From Isurus oxyrinchus (Eukaryota): a stretch of DNA of 64,000 nt. Positions within the stretch are counted from its first letter, which is position 1, and every line of letters begins with the position of its first letter. Where the stretch lies: positions 68,510,001 to 68,574,000 of the forward strand of contig JANJGN010000007.1 in NCBI GenBank assembly GCA_026770705.1, read 5' to 3'. This document shows positions 34,651 through 47,789 of this stretch, in pieces. The notes beneath the pieces were generated by a model, which saw only the letters and a list, made by a program, of their open reading frames with translations, was not told the DNA's origin and searched no databases. The position numbers were made by a program, and so were the translations under genes.

Positions 34651-37600
34651 GGTGAGACTGAGAGTGGAATCGGGAGTTAAAAGAGCGCAAGAAGAGGCGA
34701 GACTGACATAAACATGGTAAATTGTACTATACATAGGAATTATTCTAAATTAGTAAATACTGTAGCAAACCCTTTATATAAAATATAAGGTATGTCAGTG
34801 CAGCTTGGCCATGTGGAATGTGCATATTGCAGGATGTGGGAAGTTGTGCAGGGACGAAGTGCCCTTGATGACTACATCTGCAGGAATTGTCACCAGCTGC
34901 AGAAACTTGAGCTCCGAGTTACGGAACTTGAGTGGCGGCTGGAGTCACTGTGGTGCATCCACAAGGATGAGGATTATGTGGATAGCACATTTAGAAAGGT
35001 GGTCATACTGCAGCTAAGAGGTGCACAGGCAGAGAGGGAATGGGCGACTGCCGGCGTATCTAAGAGAAACAGGCAGGTAATGCAGGAATTCCCTTAGATG
35101 ATCTCACTCTCCAACCATTTACTGGTGAGGCAGGTGGTTCCTCAGAGGACTATAGCATGAGCCAAGCCCATGGCACCGTAAGTGGCTCAGCTGCAGAGGA
35201 GGGGAGGAGGAAGAGTGGATGTGTAATAGTAGTAGGGCATTCCATACTTTGGGGAGCAGAGAGGCGTTTCTGCGGACGTTGATGTGACTCCAGGATGGTA
35301 TGTTGTCTCCCTATTGCTAGGGTCAAGGATGTCACAGAGCAGCTGCAGGACATTTTTTTGGGGGAGGGTCAACAGCCAGAAAGCAGATTTTAGGAAGTCA
35401 GGAAGGGAATTAAAAAGTAAGGCCTCAAGAGCAATAATCTCAGGATTACTCCCAGTGCCACGTTCTAGCGAGCATAAGAATAGGAAGATTGAGCAGTTCG
35501 ACATGTGGCTGGAGAAATGGGGTAGGAGGGAGGGCTTTAGATTTCTGAGGCAGGTGGGACCTGTAGAAGAAGGATGGGTTACACCTTAACAGAACTGGGA
35601 CTAATGTCATCGTGGGGAGGTTTGCGAGTGCTGTTTGGGAGGGTTTAAATAAGATTGGCAGGGGGATGGGAACCTGGGGGGAAATTGAGAGTCCAGAGGA
35701 GAAAAACTGGCAGTGGGAAGTAGTGAAGCATCGACTGATTACGAGGATATATCAGAGAGTTGCATCAAGGTAGATAGAATACTTGGAGAGTTTGATAGAA
35801 TAGTAGAATAAGCAGCAAAGTATAAGAGCCTAAATCAGGGCTAATGTGCATGTATGTGAATGCATGGAGTGTGATGATGGGACAGGTTGACAAATGGCGC
35901 TATGTTATTGCTATAACAAAGACCTTGCTCAAAGAAGGGCAGGGCTGGGTGTTAAATATTCCTGGGTACAAGGTATTTAGGAAAGGAAGAAAAGCCGTGG
36001 CGGGGGGGGGGAGGAGAGTGGCAATATTGGTTAAAGTTGGTATTACTGTAATGAAGAGAGGGGATGTTCCAGAGGGGCCAAGGAGAGAGTCTCTCTGGCT
36101 AGAGGTAAGGCATGGGAAAGGTGCAATAACATTGATTGGTTTAGTATATAGACCACCAACTACTGGAAGGGATATGGAGAAAGAAATTTTCCGAGAAATT
36201 ATGGAGAGGTGCAAGAATTAAAGACTAAACATAATGGGAGACTTCAACTGTCTAAGTATAGACTGGAATAGGAATAGCACGAAATGACAGGAGGGCTGAG
36301 GTGTGAGGACATGCACTTTTGGACTTGATTCTGGGGAATAAGTTAGCCCAACTGGATCAAATAATAGTGGGAGTTCCCCTAGGGGACAGTGACCATTGTA
36401 GCATAAGGTTTAGGTTAATCATGGAAAAGGACAGAGAACAATACAGATTAGGGATAATTAATTGGGGGAAATCCAACTTTGATGGGATGAGAATGCATCT
36501 GAGTCGAGTGAGTTGGAATCAAATGTTGGCAGAAAAGACAGTCACTGAACAGTGGGCCACTTTAAAAGAATAAGTATTGCAGGCAATGTCAAGGTATATT
36601 CCCTTGAAGGGGAAGGATAGGACAAATACATCCAAAATGCCCTGGATGATGAGAGAGAGAGAGATTGAGGTAAAGATGAAAAGGAAGAAGTGCGCATACA
36701 ACAGATGCCAGGTAGAAAATACAATTGAGAATCAGGCTGAATATAGAAAGACCAGAAGGGAGGTGAAGAAACTAATAAGAAAAGCAAGGAGAGAGCATGA
36801 AAAGGGGCTGACAGTGAACATAAGAGGGAATCCCAAGGTGTTCTGGAAGCATGTAAATAATAAAAGAGTGGTAAAAGAAAGAGTAGGCCATTAGGGACAA
36901 AAAAGGGGACTTGCATGTGGAGGCAGGAGAAATAGCAGAGGTATTGAACGAGTACTTTGTATCTGCCTTTATAAAGGAAGAACTTGCTACCCAGTCTGAG
37001 GTGAGATAGGAGGTAACTGGTACACTAGAAAAACATACAATTGTGAGGAAGGAGGTGTTAGAAAGGCTATCTTCACTTAAAATAGATAAGGTGCCAGGAC
37101 GGATGAGATGCATCCAAGGTACTGAGGGAACTGAGAGTGGAAACTGCAGAGGTACTACTGATAATCTTCCAGCCTTCCTTAGACACGGGAATTGCCAGAG
37201 GACTGGAAAACGGCGAATGCTACACCCTTGTTCAAAAAGGGGTGCAAGCATAAAACTGGCAACTACAGGCCAGTCAGTTTGACCTCGGTGGTAGGGAAGC
37301 TTCTTGAAACTATAATATGGGATAAAATCAATAATCACTTGGACAAATGCAAGATAATTAAGGAAAGCCAGCATGGGTTCATCAAGGGAAAATCATGTTC
37401 AACTAACTTGCTGGAATTTTTGAGGAGGCAACAGAGAAGGTTGATGAAAGAAATGCTGTTGATGTGGTGTATATGGATTTTCAAAAGGCATTTGATACAG
37501 TGCCACACAACAGACTTGTGAGCAAAATTCTAGGTCATGGAATAAAAGGGAAAGTAGGCACATGGATAAAAAATTGGCTGAATGACAGGAAACTGAAAGT

Positions 37601-38644
37601 AGTGATAAATGGTTGTTTTTCAGATTGGAGGAAGGTTTGTAGTGAAGTTCTTCGGGTCAGTGTTGGGACCCTTGCTCTTCAAAATATATATTAATGACCT
37701 AGACGGTTTTGTACAGGGCATGATTTCAAAATTTACTCGTGATACGAAGATTGGAAATATTGTCAGCTGTGATGGGGATTGTCTTGAATTTCAAAAGGAC
37801 GTAGACATGTTGGTGGGTTGGGCAGACAAGTGGCAGAAGAAGTTCAATGCAGAGAAGTGTGAGGTAATTTGTTTAGGCAGGAAAGATATGGCGAGACAAT
37901 ATAAAATAAAGGGAGAACCTCTAAAGTGGGTGCAGGAACAGAGTGACCTCGGTGTATACGTACACAGGTCATTGAAGATGGCAGGGCACGTTGAGAGAAC
38001 AGTTAATAAAGCATATAGTATCTTAGGCTTTATTAATAGGGGCATTGAGTAGAAGAGTAAGGAGGTCATGTTGAACTTATGTCAGGCACTAGTTAGATCT
38101 CATCTGGAGCACCACGTCCGGTTCTGGGCACCAGGAAGGATGTGAAGGCTTTGAAGAGAGTACAGAGGAGGTTCACAAGAATGATTCCAGAGATGAAGAA
38201 CTGTAGCTATGAGGATAAATTGGAGAAGTTGGGACTGTTTTCCTTGGAGAAAAGAAGACAGAGGAGACTTGATAGAGTTATTTAAGATTCTGAGGGGTAT
38301 GAACAGGATAAATAGTGAGAAACTCTTCCCACTCAAGAGAACATCAAGAACCATAGGCCACAGATTCAAAATACATGGCAAAAGGAGTAAATGTGATGTG
38401 AGGAAAATTTTTTTCACCCGGAGGGTGGTTGGAGTCTGAAACAAACTTCCTGAGCTGGTGGTGGAGGCAGGTTCGATCAAGGTATTCAAAAGGGAATTGG
38501 ATTACTACCTGAAAAGAGAGAATGTGCAAGGTTATGGAGACAAGGCAGGAGAGTGGGACTAGGTGGAATCCTCTTTCAGAGAGCCAGTGCAGACTTGATG
38601 GGCTGAATGGCCTCCTTCTACACTGTAAAGATACTGTGACACCG
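34651..38644 (+). mobile_element. Near full-length CR1 LINE (ORF1 zinc finger/coiled coil/esterase plus ORF2 EN-RT), decayed
   Basis: ORF1 from 34792: CAYCRMWE..YICRNCHQLQKLELRV, then VVGHSILWGAERRFCG, IISGLLPVP and DGLHLNRTG (SGNH esterase). ORF2: CMYVNAWS, GLVYRPP, GDSDH, GNYRPVSLTSVVGK, YMDFQKAFDTVPH. 3' UTR ends with ctgtga-like repeats. Confidence 0.92.
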
Positions 38645-40100
38645 TGATTTCTTGTATCTTCCTCTGAAGACAGATCCAAAGTAATCATTTAGTTTCTCTG
38701 CCATGTCTCTATTCTCCATTATAAATCCTCCTGACTCTGCCTGTAATAGACTCACATTTGTCTTAGCCAAACATTTCCTTTTTACATACCTCACAGTCTG
38801 TTTTTGATTTTTGCTAGTTTACATACATATTCTATTCTCCCTTTCTTTATCAGTTTCTTGGTCCTCCTTTGCCATATTCTAAAATGCTCCCAATCCTCAG
38901 GTTTGCTATTATTTCTGGCAACTTTATAGGCCTGTTCTTTTAATCTTATACAATCCTTGGCTTTCTTTGTTAGACATAGTTTACTGACTTTTCCTTGGGT
39001 TTTTGTGCCTTGAAGGAATGTATAATTGTTGTAAACTATGCAATAATTCCTTAAAGACTATCCATTGCCTGTGGACTGTCACAGCTTTCAATATAATTTC
39101 CCAATCCACCACAGCTAATTTGCCCCTCATACCTTCATAATTTCCTTTGCTCAACACCCTGGCTTCAGATTGAACGACGTCACTTTCAAACAGAATGTAA
39201 AATTCTATCATGTTATGATCCATAAAGGCTCTTTTACAAGAAGATTATTAATTCCTAGATCTATAATAGCCTGTTCTCTAGTCTGTTCCTCTACATACTG
39301 CTCTGGAAAACCATCCCTAACACACCCCAAAAACTTGTCCTCCACGGCATTAGTGTTCATTAGATTTACTCAGTCTATATGCAGATTGAAGTCATCCATG
39401 ATTACTGTATTACCCATGCTACATACTTCTCTAGTCTCCTGATCAATACCATGCCTCTCATTACCACTACCATTTGGTGGCCTATAAACCACTCCTACCA
39501 ATGTTTGCTGCCGCTTACTGTTTCTTAACTCCAGCCAAACAAGTTCCACATTTTGTTCTTCCAATCGGAGATCCTCTCTTTCTGATATACTGAACCCATC
39601 CCTTATTATCAACACAAGACCACCTCTTCTTTGCCTGTCCTTTCTAAATGTTGAACTATTCTTGAATATTCAGCTCCCAGTCTTGGTCACTGTGTAGCCA
39701 TGTTTCTGTAATGGCAATTAGATCATACCGTTTTACCTGCATTTGTGCCTTTAAATCATCTACCTATTTGCAAATGCTGCATGTATTCAGGTAGAGTTTC
39801 TTTAACTTTGTCTTTTTAACATTATTCCACATTTTAAGCCTGGTTGATGCTCACCTTCATTTCGCCTGCCTTTGAATTTCTCTTGCTACTTTTCTGCTTC
39901 CTTTACTTTCTTTCTTCCAATCTGAGCTACCCCGCAGGATCCCATCCCCTGACAAGCCCTTTTACATCCTCCCCAACAGCACTAGCAAATCTCCCTGCGA
40001 GGATATTAGTCTCGGTCCTGTTAAGGTGTAACCCGTCCAGGTTACACCCTTGTACAGGTCCCACTTGCCCCAGAACCAGTCCCAATCTTTCAGAAATCTG
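38645..40100 (-). mobile_element. CR1 LINE continuation (endonuclease and end of ORF1) of the element at 33026-34650
   Basis: VGVVYRPP, IMDDFNL, DHNMIEF, and the ORF1 end DGLHLNRTETNILAGRFASAVGE. Confidence 0.85.
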
Positions 40101-40482
40101 ATGCATAGTGGCAGCAGTGTGTAACACTAGAAGATGCTCTGCAGGACCTCACCAAGTTTCCTGAGGCAGCATCTTCCAAACCCATGACTGCTACCATCTA
40201 GAAGGACAAGGGCAGCAGATATGTGGGGACACCATCACCTGGAAGTTCCTCTCCAAGCCACTTGCCACCCTGACTTGGAAGGATATCACCATTCCTTCAC
40301 TGTTACTGGGTTAATATCCTAGAACTCCCTCCCTAACAGCACTGTGGGTGTACCTACACCACATGGACTTCAGTGGTTCAAGAAGGCAGCTCACCACCAG
40401 CTCCTCAAGGGTAATTAGGGAAGGGCAATAAATGCTGGGCCAGCCAGTGACACCCACATCCCATCAATGAATGTAAAAAAAA
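40100..40482 (+). mobile_element. LINE family A, 3' portion
   Basis: Ends gggcaataaatgctgggccagccagtgacacccacatcccatcaatgaatgtaaaaaaaaa. Same strand as 32390-33025 and likely the same insertion. Confidence 0.88.
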
Positions 40483-42234
40483 ATGACCACACTGAATTAT
40501 GACATATAATTGAGCAACATCTCCAAGTACATTAATTAACTTGTAGTTTCATGTCTACTTTACAAGCTATGTTGTGGACTTTAACCTATGGTCATGAGGG
40601 AATGGGACTAACTGGATTGCTCCTTGAGAGAGCAAGTGCAGATTTGTTGGGCCAAATGACCTCCTTTTGTTCTATGCCATTCTGCGAGTCTGTAATATAA
40701 TTTATAATATTTTCTTGTATAAATATGTACAGTCAGGCTACACCATGTTGCTCACTGCAGATCAGGTTTTTGAAGATATGCTATTCTATTGGATCATGTG
40801 CAAAGTGTCTGAATTAACTGATCCATGGTCAAATGATATCATTATGGCAGGGACTGGACTACATGTATTAAGGATATTTAATACAAAACCATTGTGAGGG
40901 AAATTTGCTTACATTGTTTAGAATGATTGTGCCTGAGGTGTAGAAATTCTAACATTGAAAATGGTAAAAAGGAAGAAAATATAAATATTGAAGCAGAAAA
41001 CAAAAATGGCTCAAATGAGATTCTGCATTTTTTATTGCCTTTTTACACACACTTTCTCAGCAAAGAACATCTGTGCTCTAATCATCATCAAGCTGCAATA
41101 TAATTTGCTGGAGAATTCATTTTAGAATAAAACAACAGTATGCATTTATTTTGCAAATAGTATTTATTATGTAAGTCTTGATTATCGACACCTAATTCTC
41201 TACTCTGAGCTCAAACTGATGGAGTCTGTACACAAGAACATTTACATGTATTCCGATAAAAAGTCGGGGTACTGGGGCTTGGCAAAAATCAAGGCACAGT
41301 AAATTGCATAGAGCAAAAAATAATATCCATATTCCGTGCATTTATGGATAGGCTATAGGCAGCAAATTATCCAACATCCCTGTCAGCCATGCAACAGTAG
41401 ATTGCCTTCTACCTTACTGAAACTCTTGTATCTGTGTAACTTAATTCCTCTTGTCATGTTATTGTTGCACTTCTTGCTTCAATGTTTTTCCCATTATAAA
41501 CTCCCCTATCCATATTCCTAATGGATATTATAGGGTAATGAGTTTATATAATCATTGAGTTCCCAAAATTCATTCTTTTTTCTGAAAATTCTTCCCATTT
41601 GCCTTTTCTTTGCTCAAACTGAAATTCCTAAGGTGCAAGTAAACCATTAATAAAATATTAACAACATATTGAATAACATGATTAAGTGTATCTACTGAAT
41701 TAGCTTTCGTGCTGGTTAATGTCTTCATTGACAGTTTAATTCAAAGCTTTAGGCACATCGAAAAGCATGGGCTTGAATTTGATATTTTTTTCCCCAGAAA
41801 TGTAACTTTGTTTGAAGAATTTGGTATTGCATGGCCTTGAGCATGTATAATGCACTGAATAGCTTGTAATGCATTAATACTTTCAGCTGTATTAATGGGA
41901 TCTTTCTCTCAAATTTTCATTTCCGTAACATTTCTACAAATAACTTTGAAAATCAAAAGAACAAAATCCAAATACCTATTTTCAGTTAAGAGTGAAAAGG
42001 GGCCTATGGTTGTGAGCGAGAGGAATGACAGTTCTGATTACACACCTGTTGTAGCTTTGGTTTTGTATTTTATTCAGCTGAGAAACTGGGGACAGAGAGC
42101 AATTGATGGAGAGATGGGGTGAATCTATTTTCATGTTAATAGTTGTTCAATTTTCAAAAAAACAATAGTGGAATGTTAATGCCAGTTAATTATTGCATCT
42201 CTGCTTATTCTGAAAAGATAAATAGTAATTCATA

Positions 42235-43600
42235 AAATCATAGAATGATAATGGTACACCAGAGAAGGAGGCTATTTTACCCATTGAGTCTGTGCCAGCT
42301 CTTTTGAAGAACTATCCAGTTAGTTCTACTCATTCGCATTTTCCCCATATTTTTCCTTCAGACATTTATATTAATTCCCCTTTAAAAATGACTATTGAAA
42401 TATTATCCACTACCCTATGAGGCAGTGGATTCCAAATCTTAACTACTCATAGGGTAAAAATGTTTTTCCTCATGTCGACTGTGATTTCTTTGCCAATTAC
42501 CTTAAATTTGTGCTCTTTGGCTATTAACTCTTAAGCTACTGACAATAATTTCTCTTTATTTACTTAATTTAAACCCTTCATGATTTTGAACACCTTCATC
42601 AATTCTTCTGACAACCTTCTGTGCTCAACCCCATGTTCTCCATTTTATCTACATAACTGTAATCCCTTACCTCCAGAATCATTCTAGTAAATATCTTTTG
42701 TACCCTCTCCAAAGCCTTCATGTCCTGCCTAAAACGTGGGGACCAAAATTGGACCCACTGCTCCAGATGGGAGCAAACTGGCATTTTGTATCGACTTAAC
42801 TTTCTGTCTTTTGTGCTCTGCCTCTATTTATAAAGCTCAGGATCCCATTTGCTTTCTAAGCTGTCATGCCACCTTCAAGGATTTGTGCACAAATACTCCC
42901 GGGCCTCTCTGTTCTTGTATCCTTTTTAAAATTGTACAATTTGGCTTGTAATGTCTCTCCTCCCCCTTCCTAACAAGATGTATTGCCTTACATTCCATTT
43001 CACTGGCCACACTTCTGCCTATTCCAACCAGTTAGTTCCACTCATTTGCATTTTCCCCATATCCTTGCGATATTTTTCCTTCCAGCATTTATTTTAATTT
43101 TCTTTTGAAAACTACTATTGAAACATCATCCACTACCCTATGAGGCAGTGCATTCCAAATCTTAACTACTCAGAGGGTGAAAATATTTTTCCTCGTGTAG
43201 ACTCTGATTTCTTAGTCATAGACTCCAAGAGAATATAGACAATCTTTCTCACTGTTATTACACTTACCTTTTCATTTGCCGTTTGTGCATTTCAAAATTG
43301 GGCCCTTTGCCCCAAAACCCAAGTAATCAACGTGTATCAAAAACAGCAGTCATCCTAATACTGAAGCTTAGGAAATACCAGTGTGTACCATATTCACTAT
43401 AGTTGACAGTTTTCTATCCCTTAGCTAAATTTATATCCAGACTGCTACTTCCTCCCTTTTCCCCCTTGGGCTTCAATTTTGCTAACAAACCGAATACTTC
43501 ATTGAACAGCTTTTGAAAGTTCATTTATACAGCAAGTACGCTGCCCTCATCTACCTTCTGTCACTTTATCAAAAAACTCAACCAAGTTGTTAAAACATGA
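42235..43600 (-). mobile_element. Decayed CR1 LINE with an internal duplication
   Basis: HLEQWVQFWSP..DMKALERVQKIFTRM; CR1 3' end at ~42240. Confidence 0.8.
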
Positions 43601-43669
43601 TTTTAGGATTCTATGTTGCCACCTCTATGGCACTGCCAGAACCCACAAGGAACACACACAGTGCTTGCA

Positions 43670-43815
43670 TACAAAAGCAAAACACTGTAGATGCTGGCAG
43701 TGTGAAATAAAAATAGAAACTGCTGTGAGAACTCAGCAGGCCTGGCAGCATCTGTGGAGAGAGAAAAGCATTTTAGAGAGATAACATTTCAGGCCTGTGA
43801 CCTTTCATCAGAATT
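43670..43815 (-). mobile_element. Penelope-derived short non-autonomous element with canonical hammerhead core
   Basis: Same terminus family as 18203 (aactcagcaggcctggcagcatctgtggagagaga). Minus strand reads CTGATGA-A-AGGTC-ACA-GGCCT-GAAA-TGTTA. Confidence 0.7.
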
Positions 43816-44294
43816 AAAGTGAGTTGAATTTTGAAAGCAAACAAACCATTTTTGAAGGAAAAAAGAGTTGCAGGGCAGGAAGCCTTTAGCCTCCCACCGG
43901 ACAAGGGATAGAAATGGAAGCATGGGAGTGCATGCAGAAGTGACGGTGTGAGAAGGGGATAGGGGAATATAAAAGGATAAGGGAAGTGACAGGAGCCTTA
44001 AGGCTGAGTGAAGCGTGAGTGATTGAAGCATGAAGCATGGGTGGAGTCTAGCAATATTATTAAGACGGAAGCTGGCAGTCTTGGTTATAGAGTGAATATG
44101 TGGTCAGAAGCTCAGCTCTGGGCCAAATAGGACATCATGGCTGCAAACATCCTGTTTTATCCTCAGTCAGCAGCCAGGGAGTGGAGTTTGTGATGGACGT
44201 TGAATACACTGACTTTGGTTTTACTCATTTTTAATTGGAGACCATTTTCTTCACATCCAGCGCTGGATATTGGACAAAGCAGCATGCCAAATTG

Positions 44295-46900
44295 TTTTTT
44301 TATTCATTCATGGGATGTGGGCATCGCTGGCTAGGCCAGCGTTTATTACCCATTCCTAATTGCCTTTGAGAAGGTGGTGGTGAGCTGCCTTCTTGAACTA
44401 CTGCAGTCCATGTGGTGTAAGTACACCCACAGTGCTGTTAGGGAAGGGATTCCAGGATTTTGACCCAACGACAGTGAAGGAATGGTGATATATTTCCAAA
44501 TCAGTACCGTGTGGCTTGGAGGGGAACTTCCAGGCGATGGTGTTTCCATGTGTCTTCCATCCTTGTACTTCTAGATAATAGAGGTCATGGGTTTGGAAGA
44601 TGCTGCCTAAGGAGCCTTGATGTGTTGCTACAGTGCATCTTGTAGATGGCACACACCGCTGCCTCTGTGCGTTGGTAGTGCAGGGAGTGAATGTTTGTGA
44701 ATGGGGTGCCAATCAAGCGGCTGTTTTGACCTGGATGGTGGTCTTGAGTGTTGTGGGAGCTGCACTCATCCAGGCAAGTGGAGAATATTCCATCACGCTC
44801 CTGACTTGTGCCTTGTAGATGATGGACAGGCTTTGGGGAGTCAGGAGGTGAGTTACTCATTGCAGGATTCCTAGCCTCTGACCTGTTCTTGCAGGCACAG
44901 GACTTATATGGCTAGTTTAGTTCAGTTTCTGGTCAATGGTAGCCCCCAGTACGTTGAGGGTGGGGTATTCACCGATGGTAATGCCATTGCACGCCAAGGG
45001 GCGATGGTTAGATTCTCTCTTGTTGGAGATGGTCATTGCCTGACACTTGCATGGTGCGAATGTTACTTGCGACTTGTCAGCCTAAGCCTGGATATTGTCC
45101 AGATCTTGCTGCACTTAGACATGGACTGCTTCAGTATCTGAGGAGTCGCGAATGGTGCTGAACATTGTGCAATCATCAGCGAATATACCCGCTCCTGGCC
45201 TCATGATGGTAGGAAGGTCATTGATGAAGCAGCTGAAGATGGTTGGGCCGAGAACACTACCCTGAGGAACTCCAGCAGTGATGTCCTGGAACTGAGATGA
45301 TTGATTTCCAACCACCACAGCCATCTTCCTTTTTACTAGGTGTGACTCCGACCAGTGCTGAGTTTTCCCTCTGATTCCATTGACTCCAGTTTGCTAGGGC
45401 CCCTTGATGCTATACTCGGTCAAATATTGCCTTGATGTCAAGGGCAGTCACTCTCACCTCACCCCTGGAGTTCAGCTCTTTTGTCCATGTTTGAACCAAG
45501 GCTGTAATGAGGTCAGAAGCTGAGTGATCCTGCCAGACCCCAAACTGTGTTTCAGTGGGCAGGTTATTGCAAAACATGTGCTGCTTGATTGCACTTGTGA
45601 ATTAGCCATGTTGGATTTGTCCTGCTTTTTGTGTACAGGACATAGCTGATCAATTTTCCACATTACGAGGTAAATGCCAGTGTTGTAGTTGTACTTGAAT
45701 CTTGGCAAGTTTTGGTGCACAACTCTTCAGTACTATTGCCAAAATACTGTCAGGGCTTAGAGTGCCTTCAGCCGCTTCTTGATACCACGTGCAATGAATT
45801 GAATTGACTGACACCTGTGATTCTGGGGACCTCCAGAGGAGGCCAAGATGGATCATCCACTTGGCACTTCTGGCTGAAGATTGCTGCAAATGCTTCAGCC
45901 TTCTCTTTTGCTTTGTTGCTGGGCTCCCCCATTATTGTGGATTGGAAAATTTGTAGAGCCTCCTCCTCCAATAAGTTGTTTAATTGTCCACCATCATTCA
46001 GAACTGTATGTGGCAGGACTGTAGAGCTTCGATCTGCTCCATTGGTTGTGGAATTGCTTAGCTCTGTCTGCTGCTTGCTGCTTACCCTGATTTGTATGCA
46101 AGTAGTCCTGATTGTAGCTTCATCGGGTTGACACCTCATTTTTAGGTAGGCATGGTGCTGCTCCTGGCATGCCCTCCCGCACTCTTCATTGGACCAGGAT
46201 TGAACTGCTGGCTTGGTAGTAACGGTAGAGTGGGGGATATGCCGGTCTTGAGGTTACAGACTGTGATTGAGTACAATTCTGCTGCTGTCCCAGTCTAGTA
46301 GCTATGTTCTTTAGGACTCTTCCAGTTCCATCAGTAGTGGTGCTGCTGAGCCACTCTTGGTGATGGGCATTGAAGACCCTACCCAGAGTACATTCTGCAT
46401 CCTTGCCACCCTCAGTGCTTCCTCCAAGTGGTGTTTAATTGGAGGAGCACTGATTCATCAGCTGAAGGAGGTTGGAGGTGTTTTAGGAGTGGTATGTGGT
46501 AATCAGGAGGTTTCCTTGCCCATGTTTGACCCTGTGCCATGAGACTTCATGGGACCTGGAGTTGATGTTGAGGACTCCCAGGACAATTCCCTCCCCATAG
46601 TATACCACTGTGCCGGAGGGCATTTAAGAGTAGACCACATTGCTGTGGGTCTGGAGTCACATGTAGGCCAGACCAGGTAAAGACGGCAGATTTCCTTTCT
46701 TAAAGGACGTTAGTGAACCCAGTTGGCTTTTACAATTGACAATAGTTTCATGGTCAGCATTAGACTTTTAATTCCAGATTTTTATTGAATGCAAATTCCA
46801 CCATCTGCCATGGAGGGATTTGAAGCTGGATCCCCAGTGCATTATCCTGGGTCTCTGGATTATTAGTCCGGTGACAATACCACTATGCTGCTTTCTCCCC
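44295..46900 (-). mobile_element. LINE family A with tRNA-like head, internally deleted, inserted in an L2 remnant
   Basis: GVPQGSVLGPTIFSCFINDL..IFADD. 3' tail at 44295-44360. Head at 46900-46800 (minus): CAGCATAGTGG...GGACTAATAATCCAG...GCTTCAAATCC. Confidence 0.9.
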
Positions 46901-46904
46901 CTTC

Positions 46905-47260
46905 TCAAGTGCATTAGATTGGTTGAGTGAGGTAATGGTGAGGTAGAACTGGGTGGTGTCAGCGTATACTTGGAAACTGATGTATTTTTTGCATGATGTT
47001 GCGAAAGGCATATGATAGCGAGAAGTAGAGCTTAATGATAGATCCCTGGGGTTTCCTGAGGTAATTGTGCAGGAGTGGGAAGAGAAGCTTTTGCAAGTGA
47101 TGTTCTGGCTATGATTGAATAGATTGGAATGGAACCAGGTGAGTGCAGCCCTACCCAGGTGGACAATGGTAGAGAGGCTTTCGAAAAGAATGATGTTGTC
47201 AACTGTGTCAAAAACTGCAAATAGCTTGAGAAGGACAATAGTTTACTAAAGTCACAAAGG
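46905..47260 (-). mobile_element. L2 LINE RT remnant (continues at ~43990-44290)
   Basis: Minus strand gives AVFDTVDN, PQG and YADTTQFYL-like RT motifs. Confidence 0.65.
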
Positions 47261-47789
47261 ATACTTCTTTTTAATTTTGATAGACTAACTATAGTAAGAT
47301 ATCCCGCAGGTGTACCCTTGATCTATAATCTTTCCAGTTGTGTACACAGCTTGGAACATAAAACAGTTTCTAAAAGTGATCATACTTATACACTCAGACA
47401 GACAATACCAGGCAACTTCTCAATTGTCATGTGATCTTTGTGGCATACATAACTATATCAGTGGAATATAATGTTGCACTACATCTCCTCCTCCACTGGC
47501 ATTTGGCTTGTCATTTTTCATCAGGATTTGGCAATTGTGCATGGTTATAAACCTGACATCTTCACCGAATGATAACTAAAACAGATATATTCACGTTAAA
47601 TTAGCTATAATTCTTACACAAGCCATTTGCTTTTTAAATTGTATTAGCCTGATAGCTCCCAATATTACATTAATACTTGCACAAACACACCATATCAGAC
47701 TTCCAGATTTTCATATTTCTAACACCACTATGCTCACCATTGTTATTATTGCAAAATCCAGACCATGGTATCAGCTTGTAAATACCACT

